Below, piece after piece: positions 20,801 to 35,800 of a stretch of DNA of 64,000 nucleotides. How positions within the stretch are numbered: position 1 is the first letter of the stretch; the number at the start of each line of letters is the position of its first letter. The notes beneath the pieces were generated by a model. That model saw only the letters and a list, made by a program, of their open reading frames with translations, was not told the origin of the DNA and did not search any database. Location: contig JAFPYR010000017.1 of the NCBI GenBank assembly GCA_017412115.1, forward strand, positions 7,159-71,158, given 5' to 3'. The translations under genes were made by a program, and so were the position numbers. This DNA comes from Bacteroidales bacterium. GTDB lineage: Bacteria > Bacteroidota > Bacteroidia > Bacteroidales > UBA3824.

Positions 20801-23800
20801 ATCAGCGTCTACGGTAAAGCCTTTGTAATAAACCGTTATTTCATCAGGCTCACTCTGACAACCAGCCGGTGAAGTTACTGTCCAAGTAAATGTATAATTA
20901 CCACCGATGATATTACCGAACTTCGTATAACTATCAGTTGAATTAGTAAACGTTACGTCTGTGTAATTCAAGCCGCTGGTAGCTTTCCATACACCCGTTC
21001 CTAAAGTAGGAGCAGTAGCAGAGAGTTCATAGTCAGATTCTTTACAAACAACCTTATCCTGACCTGCATCAGCAGTAACATATTCGTTAAGAACTTTAAC
21101 AGAAGCTGTCTTATCAGGACAAGAACCGTTGCCGACAACCCAAGTAAATGTTACGGCTTGTCCCACCGGCAAGTTCGAAACATTAATTACATTGTTTGTC
21201 GTATTGTCTTGGAATTCAACCATAGCATTTGAAGACTCCCAGTGTCCGCCAACTCCGTATTCCTGTTTTGAATTGTTAGCAACCAAACGAACCTTAGAAT
21301 TACATACCAAGTATGATTCGTTATTATTAACCACCGGAGATTTTATCTCAGCCTCATAATACTGGTTGGTAAGAGTTACGGCATCTTCCGAGTAACATTC
21401 CTTACCCTTATTACCGTTAGCTCTTGCTATTCTCCATGTAAAGGTTGCCGAAGTATTGTTCGGAATATTGGAAACAACTACATTGTTAGAACAAGCCGCT
21501 GTTGAAGATACAGGCGAAACATTTCCGTTGTCATATACCCATGTTCCGATACCATGTTCCGGTTCGTTAGCATTAAGATTATAAGTATCTGTACAGATAG
21601 GAATACTCTTAACACCATTAGTGTAAATCCTTGCCTTATCAACACTTTCGTTGTGGATAACAACCTGAGCTGAATTTTCACAACCGTAGGGGTTAGTTAC
21701 CGTCCAAGTAAGTTTGTTAGAAGTAGCATTGCTCAAACCTACAACCGTTGCAGACGGATCGTTTGCTGCATTCGGATACATGGTTGAGTTAGAGGTCTTA
21801 AATGTTACATCCGTAGAAGAAGACCATTTTCCTGTCCAATATTTTGAAACACCATCAACAACAACCGGGTCGGTAGATAACGGATTAGCTTGGAGTGCGT
21901 ATTCGTCGCTACAATCCGTCCAATCCTCTGAACCGGCAGAAACGGTGAAGTTTCTGTTGGTTACCGTGAAGGTTGTAGAAGTGTTACATTCCCTGCCGTT
22001 AGCGGTATGAGCCACGCTCCATGTAAACGATGCAGTATTACCGTTAGCAAGGTTGTAATATGTAACCGACTTACCGGTTGTTTCAGTAATGCGATTAACG
22101 CCGCTGTTAGAGAAACTACCAGACTCGGCTTCTACCGTCCAAGTTCCATGAGTATTAATATCGTTCAAGTCGTTGTCGGTAGAAAGTTCAACAGTACCGT
22201 TACATGTGAACGGCTTAAACGTTGCAAGCGCTTTATACTGATCGTTGTAAATCGTAATATTGTCGCTTTCCTGACAAGAACCGTTATCAACAGTCCATTT
22301 CAAGGTTACACCTGCATTAGTAATGCCGTGAACATAAGTGTGCGGGTCGGTTGAATCGTCAAACGTGATACCTGCAACACCTGCGGGTACGGTTTCCCAA
22401 TATTGAGATACAACGCCGCTATTCAAGGTTTCACCGTGGAGCTGGTAATCACCGCCGCAAGCACTTGCGGAAACTCCGTCTGCAACCTTAGTATCGGCAT
22501 CTACCGAGAACATCTTGTTCTGAATAGAAACAACCGTCGAAGTATCGCAGACATTTATATCTGCTCCGTCAGCACTAATCGTTCTGTAAACATTCCAAGC
22601 AAACGAGTACTGACCCGTCTGAGAAAGACCCGTTACCCTTGTATCGTTTGCAGTAGAATTTGCAATAACGATAATCGAAGGATCAGCAATACGAGTGTCA
22701 GGATAAGATTCAAGTGTCCAATATCCGTGAACATTATTACCGTAAGCCGTCATTGATTCAGCTGACAAATCCACGTATGAATCACAGATATAATTCTTAC
22801 TGTCCTTAGTATCAGCCGCAGGTACTATACCATAGTTATTGATAACGACTTCGTAAGAAACACCCGGACAATTACCCTTATTAACAGTCCATACAAAGTT
22901 TTCACTGCTACCTCTTGTAATACCGCTAATCTCAATTTTGTAGTTAGTAGTCTCGTTGTCAATACGAGCATTACCTGTCAGCGTAGACCAGTGTCCCGAA
23001 ACTTTATCATCACCGTGAGGATTAAGAACCGCAGGATTTTCGGCAGCTAAAGTATACGAACCGCTACAAGTATAAGCATCAGCAGGTTTCTTACCGATAT
23101 TAACTTTATTATTAACAACCGTTATATGGTCTTCGCTTGCACAACTTAACTCCTGACCATCACGGTAAATTCTCCAAGTCAATATATTGTTACCTTGACT
23201 CAAATCGGAGATTTCAACCTCGTTTGCAGTAGAAACACCGTCTTTGAAGTTACCTTCACGATTATTAAACCAACGTCCGTGAACACCGTCTGCAAGAGGT
23301 GATGCCGTAAGTTTCTGAGTACCGTCGCAAGTTTCAACTGTCTCTTTGCCTTCATTTGTCGTGATATTAGCAAGACCGGGCTGAATATTCTTAATAACGA
23401 CGTCTTTGTAATTAGACTTACAAGACTCTCCGTTGTTGTTAAGAACAGTCCAACGGATAGTGTTTTCACCGAGTTGCAAACCTTTGACAACAGTCTTAGA
23501 AGCATTAACACTCACGAAGGTTATCTTATCCTTAGAAGTAAGTGCCGACCATGTGCCGGTGAAACCTTCCTCAGGCATATATCCTGTAACGGTAGTTTCT
23601 GAACCGCAAACCTCAGATAGAGCTTCAACGGTAGGCGTATATTTGTTATTAATCAAAGTTACGTCTCTTGAATCAGAACATTTACCGTCCTTTGTAGTAA
23701 CAGTCCAACGCAATTCTACTGAAGTATTTTCTTTGCCCTCAGCAAATACGTAAGTTGCGTTGTAAACACTTACATTTCCTGAGAATTCGCCGATTTCAGT

Positions 23801-26800
23801 AGAAACAACTTCCGACCATACACCCTTGTTTTCAACCGGATCTACGGCTTCAAGAGTTCTTTCTCCGTTGCAAGTGTAGTAAACCTTAGGTCCTGCATTC
23901 ACACCCGGAATATTGTTAATAACCGTAATAGCATCTTGTGCCTCACACTTGTTGTATCTCTCATGCCATACAAAAGTAGCCGAGGTATTATTGCCGAGGT
24001 CAAATTTCAAGGTTTCATCAGTAGAGTTAGACAAAGCCGTTACGCCTGAAGGCATCGGTTCCCACCATCCTTCACCGCCTACATTAATTGTCTGAGCGTT
24101 GATTTCATTCTTAGCACCACAGAATGTATGAGTCTTATCGCCCGTTGTTGCATCTGTTACAACGTCTTTACTCATATCAGCCTTGGTTGTAAAACCGTTT
24201 ACGTGTACTTTCTCGAAAGCTTTAGCATCACAACCTTCAGTACCGTTGGTTTCTACAAATCTCGGAGATTTAACCCACCATGTGAAGTTGTAATCACCGC
24301 TTGTGAAACCGTAAGCTTTCGTTTCATAGTTAGTAGAATTAGAGAAGCTAACTTCATTGTAAGAAACGCCGTCCGTACAAGACCAATAACCTTTCCATTC
24401 TACCTCGTCGTGATCTTTTGCACCGAGATGTTCGATTTCGGTATCACAAGTCCAAAGTTCCTTATCTGCCACAGCTTTAACGGTTTCGTTGTGGATTACC
24501 ACTTGAGCCGTCTTTTCACCGCATACTCCGCTAACCGTCCAAGTGAATGTCGTAGCACCGTAAGGCAAGTTGTAAGCCGTAATATTACGAACACTTGTTG
24601 TCTTATCAGTAGCATTAGAATTTTCACCGAACGTTACTTGCGTGTTGTCAGCTGACCAAACGCCCGTTACACCGTATTTGGTAACATCGTTGGCGTTAAG
24701 ATTTATATAATCACGGCAGATGTATTGTTCTGCAGTTGAAATCGAAGCTTCGTAGCTTCTGTTCATAACTGCAACACTTGCCTCTGATACACATGTAGTA
24801 TTGCCGTTAGGCTCTGTAATTCTCCAAATGAACTTCTGCTCCTTGTTAGCTGCCAAATCATAAACCGTTATGATAGCATCAGTGCTTGTATATCTCTCTC
24901 CGTTCTTATTCGGATTCTCTGCATATTTAACACCGTCAGGCAAAGTCCAAGAACCCGTACCCTTGCTCGGAACATTAGCTGAAAGTTTCAATGTAGTTGC
25001 GCAATGTTCGTAAGTAACAGGTTTGATAGAAGCCTCCGTAACCTGATTGTTAGTAATAACTACCTGCTTAGAATCTTCGCACTTGTCGTTTGCTCCATCG
25101 CCGTATTTATTAGTAACAGTCCATGTAAACGTCGTAGTCGTCTGGTTGCTCAAATTAGATACTTTAGCATTCTTATTTGTGCTGTTGTTAGCTTCAAAGA
25201 TTACGTTAGTATCATCAGTAGACCACAGCCCCGAAACTTTGTCAGAAGATATTGATTGCGGGAACTCACCTTGCAATGTATATGTACCGTCGCAAGCTGC
25301 CACGTCGTTTTCACCGGCAGAGAAGGTGAAGTGATGGTTTGCAACCTTGAATGTCTCTTCCGATTTACAAGTATTAGAATTTGACTTGTTAGTCAAAGAC
25401 CATTTGAAGGTTACGTTAGCACCGTCACCCATGCCGCGGAATGTTGCAGCAGAGCCTTCAGCAGTTACAACGTTATCAATATTAGCATCAAAAGAACCTT
25501 TCGTAGCCGTAGTAGACCATGTACCTTCCAAAACGCCGTCAATCAACTTATTGGTAGATGACATCGTTATAATACCGTTGCAAGTAGCAGGATCAGCTTC
25601 AATCTCAGGCGTGATTCTGTCGTTGTAAACCGTTACAATATCGCTTACGGGGTTCGGACAAGAAGACTTCGTTACCGTCCATTTAAGTTTAATACCCTCG
25701 TTTGTAATACCAGTTACGGTTACTCTTGAATCACTGTTAATAGAACCCGTACCTGAAACGATTTCCCATTTCCAAGAATCTGTACCGTTTACTCCGTAAT
25801 TACCTTCAGGTTTAGTCGGCGTAATTGTAATTCTATCACCGCAAACGCTGATTACTTTATCAACCATTACTGCACCGTCGTCAAATTTAGCGGCTGCATC
25901 AACCGTAAATTCACCCTGCGATACTGAAAGGCTTTCTGATTTTTGACAAACCTTCTGACCTTTAACCATTCTGTAAACAGTCCATGTAAACTCGTACTGA
26001 CCGTTAGCGGTAAGACCGCTTGCAGATGCTTGATAGTTGGTAGAGTTGTTAATAGTTACATCAGAGTAAGAAATCTTGGTCTTAGGCCAATCAGTCATCG
26101 ACCACTCTCCGAATACATCTGTACCAACTCTGCCGTATGCAGCAATTGATTCTGCCTTAAGATCTACATTATCACCGCAAATCATCAAGTTTTTGTTCTT
26201 GATTTCGGGTTTAACGTAGTTGTTAGTAATCTCAACACTTTCAGATTTGGTACAATTACCCTGATGTACAGTCCAAGTGAATATCTCCGTTGTATTAGGA
26301 TCAATACCATTAACGGTTACAACGTATGAATTTGAACTTGAACCGAAATCAATCTTATCTGAACTCCATTCACCCCAAGCATAATCGCTATTGTAATCAA
26401 GAGGATTAGAAGCTTTAAGCTCGTAATCACCGCCGCAATAAGAATCATTTTGCAACGGCTCACCCATATTAATCGTATTATTAACGACTTTTACAGATGC
26501 CTCCGTAAAACAATCTTCTGAACCTTCACGGAAGATAGTCCATTTAAATACCGTATTGTTAGGAAGAAGATTTTCAACGCCGACTTCCGTAGAAGTTGTC
26601 TCTCCATTATATGTAACCGCTCTGTTAGCAGACCATTTGCCTATTACTCCGGTTTCAGGCTGTTCTGCTTTAAGAGTTATCGTATTATCGCAACTTTCAG
26701 TCTTCATAAGATCCGAAATCATAGCGATACCCGGTTGAACATTGTTAATAACAGCACTAACGGTATTTTCACAAATCGTACCCGAAGTATTTGTAACTGT

Positions 26801-29800
26801 CCATTTAACAATATTAGTATTGTGTTTAAGACCGGTTACGACTGTTTTTGAAGATTCTGCATTTTCAAAATCAATACCGTTGCTGAGTTTTGACCATTTA
26901 CCGGTAAATCCTGTTGCAGGTATAGAACCAATAATGTTAGCCTTATCTGAACAAATCTTAGAAGGATCAACTTCCTTGATTGTAATAGACGGAGTATATT
27001 TGTTATTTATAACATTAACATCAACACCCGTAGAACATTCACCGTCTTGTGTCGTTACCGTCCATCTTACGGTTGCAGTAGTAGCATCTTCCGTTTTATC
27101 AACAAATACGTAAGTAGCGGTACTTAAATTCAACGCACCGGAGAAATTACCGGGCTGCAATGTTTCAGACTTAGACCAAACACCTTTGTTAGGAGCAGGA
27201 TCGGAAGCTACAAGTGTTGCAGTACCGTCGCAAGTATAGAACGGTTGACGAATATCTACTTTAGGTGCAACATTAACAATTGTAATCTCATCTTTAGGAG
27301 TACAATGTCCGTTGTTGTCATGCCATACAAACGTAGCTCTTGTCTGAGTTCCGAGGTCATAATTCAAAACATTAGAAGTAGACTCGGTTGTATAAGTTAC
27401 ATTGCTCGGTCTTGTCCAATAACCCGAACCATCAGAATATGAAGGTTTAGCAGTTATGAAACCTTTTGCACCGCAAACCTCGTGAGTCTTCTTGCCGCTT
27501 AACTCATCTGTTTTGATCTTCTCAAAAGCGTCATCGGCATATACCGTAAAGCCCGAAGGATGAACAATGATTTCTTGTGTTGCAGCACAACCTTTAGCAT
27601 GGTTTACATCATTCTTACGACTCGGAGATTCCAATGTCCATGAGAACGTGTAATCACCGGCACCTATACCATAAACTTTAGTTTCGTAATTGGTTTGGTT
27701 TTCGTAAGTAAGACCATTTACATTGTTACCTTGAGTGCAAGACCATGTACCTTGAGCTTTCCAATCAGCCTCAGGTATATCAGCTTCGAGACTTGCCTCT
27801 GTATTACAGATATAAATCTCTTTGTTTGCCGCAACGGTAACCTGTTCGTTGGTAACTTTTACGGTAGCTGTCTTTTCATCACAATCACCGCCTTTAACAT
27901 GCCATGTCAAAGTTACGGGAACGCCGTTAGGCAAGTTGTAAACATTTACCTTAAACAACGAAGATGAAGCAGCATTTGCATCTGCACTGTTGCTACCGAA
28001 TGTTACTTGAGATTTATCTGCCGTCCACCAGCCTTTTGCATTGTATTTATTTACAACATCTTCTGCCTCAAAAACTTCAGTCGTGTAATCCTGACATACT
28101 ACTCTGTCGCTACTCTTAATTACGGCAGAGTAACTTCTATTGCTGATAGTAACAACATCGCTACGTTTGCTACATACAACATCATTGTTGTTTTTCTTTT
28201 CAATTACCCAAACAAACGTTGCATTAGAATTTTCAGGCAAATTGCCTACAATTATGTTAGCATCGGTAGAAGTCTTACCGTTTTCAATCGTTATGGTAGC
28301 CGGGCTATACTCCCAGTGACCATTGCCGATTACGGGAGCGTTAGCGTCAAGTGATTGACTTGATTTGCAAACAGATTGAGATTCCGTATAAATTACGGGT
28401 ATATCAACATCGTTGCTGTAAATTACAACTTCGTCTTCTTTTTCACAACCGTTATTAGTAACAGTCCACGTAAGAGTGTTACCGTCTACGCTGTTGCTCA
28501 AACCGCTGACAACTGCGTTAGAGTTGCTTGCATTATCAAACGTTACGTTAGAGCCTGACCATTTGCCTTTTGCTCCCTCAGGCATAGTACCGTGAAGTTT
28601 GTATGATCTGCTGCAATCATCTGCCGTAGCATCATCACCGGCACCGAATACAAAGTCATTATTCTTAACATTTAATACGTAAGGATCTGACTGACATTCG
28701 CTACTTGTCGTATTACCATCGGTTACATCAATAATATGCTTGTAATTCCAATAGAATTTAACATCAGCACCCTTGGTCATGTTGCGGAACGTTACTGAAG
28801 TACCGGATGCCGTATTAATTACATCCGCACCTGCACTGAATGTACCCGAAGCTTTAGTAGACCAATAACCGCTGAACTCTTCATTCAACTTGTTAGTCGT
28901 AGAGAGTGTTACCTTGCTATCACAAGTTTTATCATCAGCAGAAGCAACAGCCTGATATTTCTCATTATAAATCGTAATTAAATCAGAGTCAGAACAACTA
29001 CCGTTAGTAAGAGTCCATTTCAAAGTTACACCCTTGTTAGGAATGTTATGAACTTTTGCATTAGAAACCGTACTTGCACTGTTATCAATGTAATTAGATG
29101 CAGAAGTATTGTCTGACAATGTCCAATAACCGTGAGCACCGCCTACGGTATTAGCAGCCATTTGGAAATCACTACCGCAGATATGAATTTCTTTAGCAGC
29201 ATATCTCGTATCAGCATCGGCAATTATGGCACTGTTATTAACAATTACCTCTTGACTTGTCTTATGACAAACACCACCGTCAGTATAACCGAGATCAGTA
29301 TATTGAGTACCCGTTCTGTAAACAGTCCAAGTAAATGCGTACTCGCCTTCTCTGTCAAGATTAGTTACAACGGTTTCGTTGCTGTTAGAAGACTGAATCT
29401 GAGCATGAGCAGAAGGATCTCTTGTAATATTCCACTCTCCTACTACCTGAGTACCTGCCATCTCGTATGCAGAAAGCGCATCTGCCTTGAGCGTTACCTG
29501 ACTGAGGTCTTCTTTACAAAGCGTTTCAACCGAGTAAACAATAGGTTCTACTTCGTAGTTAGTAATCTCAACCTCAAATCCGTCTGAACAAGTATTACCT
29601 TTGTAAACCGTCCATTGGAACTTCTCTTTCGCTTTCAATCCGATACTATTAGCAGCTACGGTTGCTTCGTAATTAGTAGAATTATTAATTACGATAGTTC
29701 CGCTGTTAGATGTCCATTCGCCTCTTACCGTACCGGTATTAAGAGTTGCAGGGTTAATAGCAGAAAGATTTGCTGAACCGTCGCAAGTGTAAGTTGCATT

Positions 29801-32800
29801 CATTTTCTGACCTGCAACAACCTTGTTATTAACAATAGTTACGGTAGCATTAGACTTACAATCTTCATGACCCGCACGATAAACAGTCCATGTATAAACG
29901 TTTGCATCAGTTTCGTAAGCAGTAACCTTAACGATATTAGCAGTGCTGATACCGTTTTCGAAAGTTACGCTCTTATTAGAAGTCCATTCGCCTCTTTCGT
30001 CGCCCTTCAATGCGTCGGCTTTCAACTCGAAAGCTTGACCGCAGAACTCTTGTCCTTCGTCAGGAGTAGAAATTGATGCAACATTAGGCTGCCAATTCGT
30101 TATAGTATAATCAACATAATTCTTAGTACAATTAGTACCGTTAGCGTTGGTAATAGTCCATCTTACGGTATTAACACCGGGCTGGAGATTCTTAACAACG
30201 TTTTTTGAAGAATTTACAGATTCAAACGTTACGTTGTTAGAAGTAATACAAGACCACTTACCGGTGTAAGCAAATGCTTTCGGTGTAGTTCCGGTTACGG
30301 AAGTAGATGTTCCGCAAACATTAGCCTCTGCCGTAATAGAAGGCGTAAACTTCTGATTAACAACAGTTACATCTCTGTAATCTGAGCAAACATCGTTATA
30401 AACAGTCCAACGGAGTTGTGTTGAAAGGTCTTCTTTATCAGAAGCAAATACAAATTTTGCATTATTGGTACTTACGTTACCTTCGAACTCTCCTTCAGAA
30501 GCCGGAGCTACTTTCGACCATACACCTCTGTTAGGAGCAGGATCCGAAGCCGCCAATCTGAACTCAGAACCGTCGTTGCATGTGTAATAAGTTGCAGGAC
30601 CGGCATTAACTTTCGGTCTGTCATCTTTTACGATTACATAATCATGGCTCTCACAATTGTTATACTTAACAGTCCAAGTAAATGTTGCTTTAACATACTT
30701 TTCAGTCAAATTGAACTTGAGATTGTAATCAGTCAAGTCTGAAAGTATTTGAACATCTTCAGGCTCTACAGTCCAAGTACCTATTCCGCCGGGAACTTCT
30801 GCTTGAAGTTCACCTTCGTTAGAACAGAATACGTGTGTTTTATTGTCAGGTTTAGAAGCATCAGCCACAACGGGGAAACCGTTTACGTGAACAACTTCAA
30901 ATGCTTCCGCGCTACAACCCGTAGCACCGTTAGAACTTGAATATGTCGGCGACATTACAAACCATCTGAATGTGTAATCACCTTCAACAAGATTAGAAAC
31001 CGTGGTTTCTGAATGAGATTTATCAGCAAATACTACTGCGTCTTTTGAACTTCCGTCCGTACAAGACCAAGTACCCTTCAAATCTGAGTACGGTTTGGTA
31101 GCTTTAATTTCTGCCGTTGTACCGCAAGTCGTAGTAGATTTGTCAGCAGTGATTGTGAATTTCTCACTCTTAATCTTAACCTCTTTGGTCACCTCGTCAG
31201 GACAATTACCTTTAACGTGCCATGTGAAGGTCGTTGTTCCGTAAGGCAAGTGATAAGCCGTTGTTGAGTAAGCTGATGTTGTTTTAGCCGTTGCGGCAGT
31301 ATTATCACCGAAGGTTACGTTACTATCATCTGATGTCCACCAGCCGTTAGCACCCATACCTTCTACATCGTATGCCTTGAGCGTTACATAATCATCGCAA
31401 ATAGTCTTATTCGTAGTTTCAATCTTAGCCTCATAGTAATAGTTTCTAACACTTGCTATTGAAGACTCAGATTTACAAAGTACATTACCGTTAGCATCTT
31501 TTTTGGTAATAACCCACTGGAATTTAGCAGAACCGTTGTCAGGAAGACCCGTTACGGTAATGTTAGCAGAAGATATATTACCGGAAACAAATGTCAAATC
31601 CTCTGGATCTATATTCCAAACACCTTGACCTTGAGAAGGAGTGTTAGCCTGAACGGTAACCTGTGCCTTACAAGTCTCGGTCGGAATTGATGTAATTACA
31701 GCATCTTCAACACTATTGTTAGTAATTACAACATCATCCGTCTTTTCACAGCCTTTGTATTTAACATGCCATGTCAAAGTATTCAAATCTGCATTACTCA
31801 AGCCGTAAACAACAGATTTCGGAGATGAAGCATCACTGCCATGGAAATTAATACCTGACTGATTCCATGTCCAATAGTGATATTCCAAATCAGGATCGTT
31901 AATATCCTGTGTCGGCAACGAAGCATCCAACGCAATTGAATTCTTACAATCCGTTATAGCATCAGCACCGGCTGTGAATACGAAGTCATTATTAGAAACT
32001 TCAATTGCCAACGGCTGGGATTCACAAGCATCGTCGCCGCTACCGTTAATAAGTTTCCAATAGAATGTAGCTTTCGCTTGAGGTGTCATGCCCTTGAATG
32101 TTACGGTCTGATTCGTCGTACCATTAGCAACAATACTCTTAACATCATTACCATCACCGAATGTACCCGTTGCAGAGGTAGACCAAACACCCGTCAAGGT
32201 TTCGGTTAAAGTATTAGTCGTAGTAAGTTCGACTTCACCGTTGCAAACTGCATCTTTTGCACTTGCCTTAGGTGTAACCAAATTATTGTAAATCTTCAAA
32301 TCGTCATAATCAGAACATCTTTCTGTCTTAACCGAACCGTCTGAATTATAAACGTGATTGTCAAGTGTCCATCTTACCGTTACGCCCTCGTTAGGAACGT
32401 TGGTAATCGTAGCAGTCGGGTTGTGAATGTCGGCTGTTGCAATTACCGCCGGTGAATTTTGAGTAACAATTTGCCATGTACCTAATGCACCGTCTACACT
32501 ATTTCCTCTCAACGATACTGTGCTGCCACATTCGATACGTGAAGCATTCTTGCCTAACTTAGTATCGGCAACGGCAGAAAGCATTGCATTAGTAACAGTA
32601 ACTTCTGCACTATTGCTACAAATATTACCGAAATTCTCAACATTGCGGTAAACATTCCATACAAACGTGTAATCACCCTTGCCGGTAAGACCAGAAACTG
32701 TAGTAACGTTATTATCACTGTTTGCAATCAAAATATTTGCACTGTTAGCTATCTCATTGATAGGATAACCGTTAGCTTTCAACGTCCAATTGCCTTTAGG

Positions 32801-35800
32801 CGTACCCGAACCGGCTGCACCTGAAACTGATTTAGCCGCCAAATCAGCTTCTGTTTTACAAATCAAAGCAGACATTCTGGTCATATCAATTTCGGGTTTA
32901 ACCTCGTAATTGGTAATGGTAAACGAAGTCGGTTCTGAAGAACACTGTCCTTTGAATACCTGCCAAGAGAACTGAACGGGAGCAGTCGTCTTAATACCGG
33001 ATACTTTAACAATGTAATTATTAGAAGAACCGTTTTCAAACTGAACGCCGTTAGAGGGAAGTGCAGTCCATTTACCCGTTGTTACACCCGTATTAACCTG
33101 ATTGTTGTCATCAGCTTCCAATACGTATGAACCGTTGCAAGTATAATTGTCAGCCAAGGCTTTTGTACCTACCGTAACTTCATTATTAACAATAGTTACC
33201 TCTGCCTCTTTGTAACAACTATTTCTGTAACCTTCACGGTAAATTCTCCAAATGAACTTGTTGTCGTCTTTGTCAAGATTTTCAACACTCGTTCTGATAG
33301 AATTTGAACTTGCAACAGGAATTATTGCATGACCGGTCGTTCTCCAATCACCCTTAACTCCCTCTGCCAAAGTTTCAGCCGTAAGGAAGTTAATTCCGTT
33401 GTTAAGACCGTTCTTAGAACAAACTTGAGTGCCGTCTTCCGTTACGATAACCGGAGTACCGGGCAACAAATTGTTCAAAGTAAACTCAACATAATTGTCT
33501 TTACAAGAAGCGACATCTCCACCGTTTTCAGTTGTATTAAGAACAGTCCAACGAATAACGTTCTGTCCTAAATCCATATTCTGAACCATCGTGGTCGGTG
33601 AGTTCTCGTCAGCAAACTGAGCCGAGGTCGAAGACCATGTACCTATAAAACCTTTTTCAGGAATAGAACCGACAACCTTAGCATTGTCAGCACATACATC
33701 ATCTTTCTCGGTCGTAATAGTCGGTTCGTATCTGTTATTCGTTACATTAAATACTTGTTGTGCCGAACAAGAAGTAAGAACTTTGTCAGTTACAACCCAA
33801 TTCAATACAGCCGTCGATGTATTCTTAATGTCATAAACGGTTGCATTATAAACGGTACTGTTGTTATCTTTGAACTTAATACCGTCATCCGTTGCACCCT
33901 TACCGCTGAAAATTTCCCATTTTGTATCGTAACCGTCAAGTTTTGAAGCATTGAGTTTAATACCTGCATCAACAACGCCGTTTTCTCTTTCGGCTGCAGA
34001 AATACCGCAGTAGAAGAGGTTAGCATCGTTGCCGACAGCCGGTTTGCGGTTGTAAAGCGATACAGAAGCTGAAGCATTACATTTATTGTAATCAACACTC
34101 CATGTCAAAGTAGCAGGTGTTGAAGGTTCAATACCTGAAAGCGTTACTTTGTTGCCGGTAGAACCTACAATGCTTACCGAAACAGGTGATACAGACCAAT
34201 GTCCTATAGCACCGTCATTGAGCGGAGATGCTTCAATAGTAACGGTATTACCGCAAATATTATGTTTGTAACCGATAATATCACCGTTATCATTAGTAAC
34301 TTCTTCAGCATTAATATCAGCGATTACCGAGAATCCGTTGTAAGAAATCGTTACATCGTCATAATCAGAACATCCGCCGGTATTTGAATCAACCGTCCAA
34401 CGTAACGTATATGAACCGTTATTTGTAAGACCGCTAACAATTGCTCTCGGATTAGAAGATTCACTGAAGGTAACAGTCAAAGGATCTACAGGCGACCAAT
34501 GACCCTTACCGTTAGAAGGTGTAGAAGCGTTGAGTTTGTATGAATTATTACAAGCAACATCATCATCACCGGCTTCAGCTTTTACCTTATTGTTAGTAAT
34601 TGTTACCGTAGCCTTCTTCTCGTTGTAAGGAGCAGGACAATTATTGTTAGAAACAACCCACGTAAATGTAGATGAACCGAACGGTAAATCCTTAACCGTC
34701 ATCTTAGACGAAGTTGAAGCAATCGAAGACTCCAATTTTGCCGTCGTAGAATTGTTATTAATCCAATGTCCTACAACACCGTAATCTTTGTATGAATCGT
34801 TAGCCTCGATATCCAAGTAAGCATCGCAAATAGCAATGCTTGCATCGTTACCGCTTGTTGCAGTCGGAGTAATAATCTTAGCCTCGTAATAGTTGTTAGT
34901 AACACTAATGCTCTTAGAATCTGAACAAGCCGTCTTAGAACCGTTCGGATTAGAAACTGTCCACGTGAAAGTAGATTTTGCATTCTTAGCTAAATCGCTT
35001 ACAACTACAACAGCTACGGTAGAAGCATGGTCATAACCCGTAACCTTATTACCGGCAGCATCAGTGTATGACCATTCAGCAGGAGAACCCGTCCAAACAC
35101 CCGTTCCGTAAGTTACGGCTTTTGCCTTGAGGTTGAAACTTTCGGTGCAGACAATCTGATTGTCTGTCGTCATAATTTCAGCCGGATCAATCGAATTGTT
35201 ATAAATCTTAACTTTACGATTATATGTACAACCGTCTTTTACAACAGTCCAAGTGAGTTCATTTTCACCGTGTTTCAAGCCTGAAACTTTAGCGTGAGGA
35301 TCGTTGCTGCCGTTAGGATACAACGTAGGATTAGAACTTGTAAACGTTGCACCGGCACAAGTCCATGTACCTTGTACACCGTCAGCTAATTCGTCAGCCT
35401 GAAGTCTTTCGTATGTATCGGAACAATCTGTCTCGTCGTTTGTTCCGGCTGAGAATGCAAATTCTACGTTGGTTACTTCCAACTTGATTTGATCGTCGCA
35501 ATTTTGCAAATCGCTGTTCTTAAGCGTCCAAACCAAAGTTGCACTCTTATCAGCAGGTATACCCTTGAATACAACTGATGTATTACCGCTGTTATTATTA
35601 ACAGTTAAATCACTAAGTGTATTTCCGTTAATATTATAGAATGCACCGCTGCCGGATTCAAGCGACCATTCACCGCTAAGGTTAGCTTTTGAAAGGTCGT
35701 TGTATGCAGTAAGAGTTACCTCACCGTTACAAACAGGAGATGTTGCAACTGCATCAGCATATTCTTTCGTATCATAAATCTCAAACCAGCTTGAAGCAGG

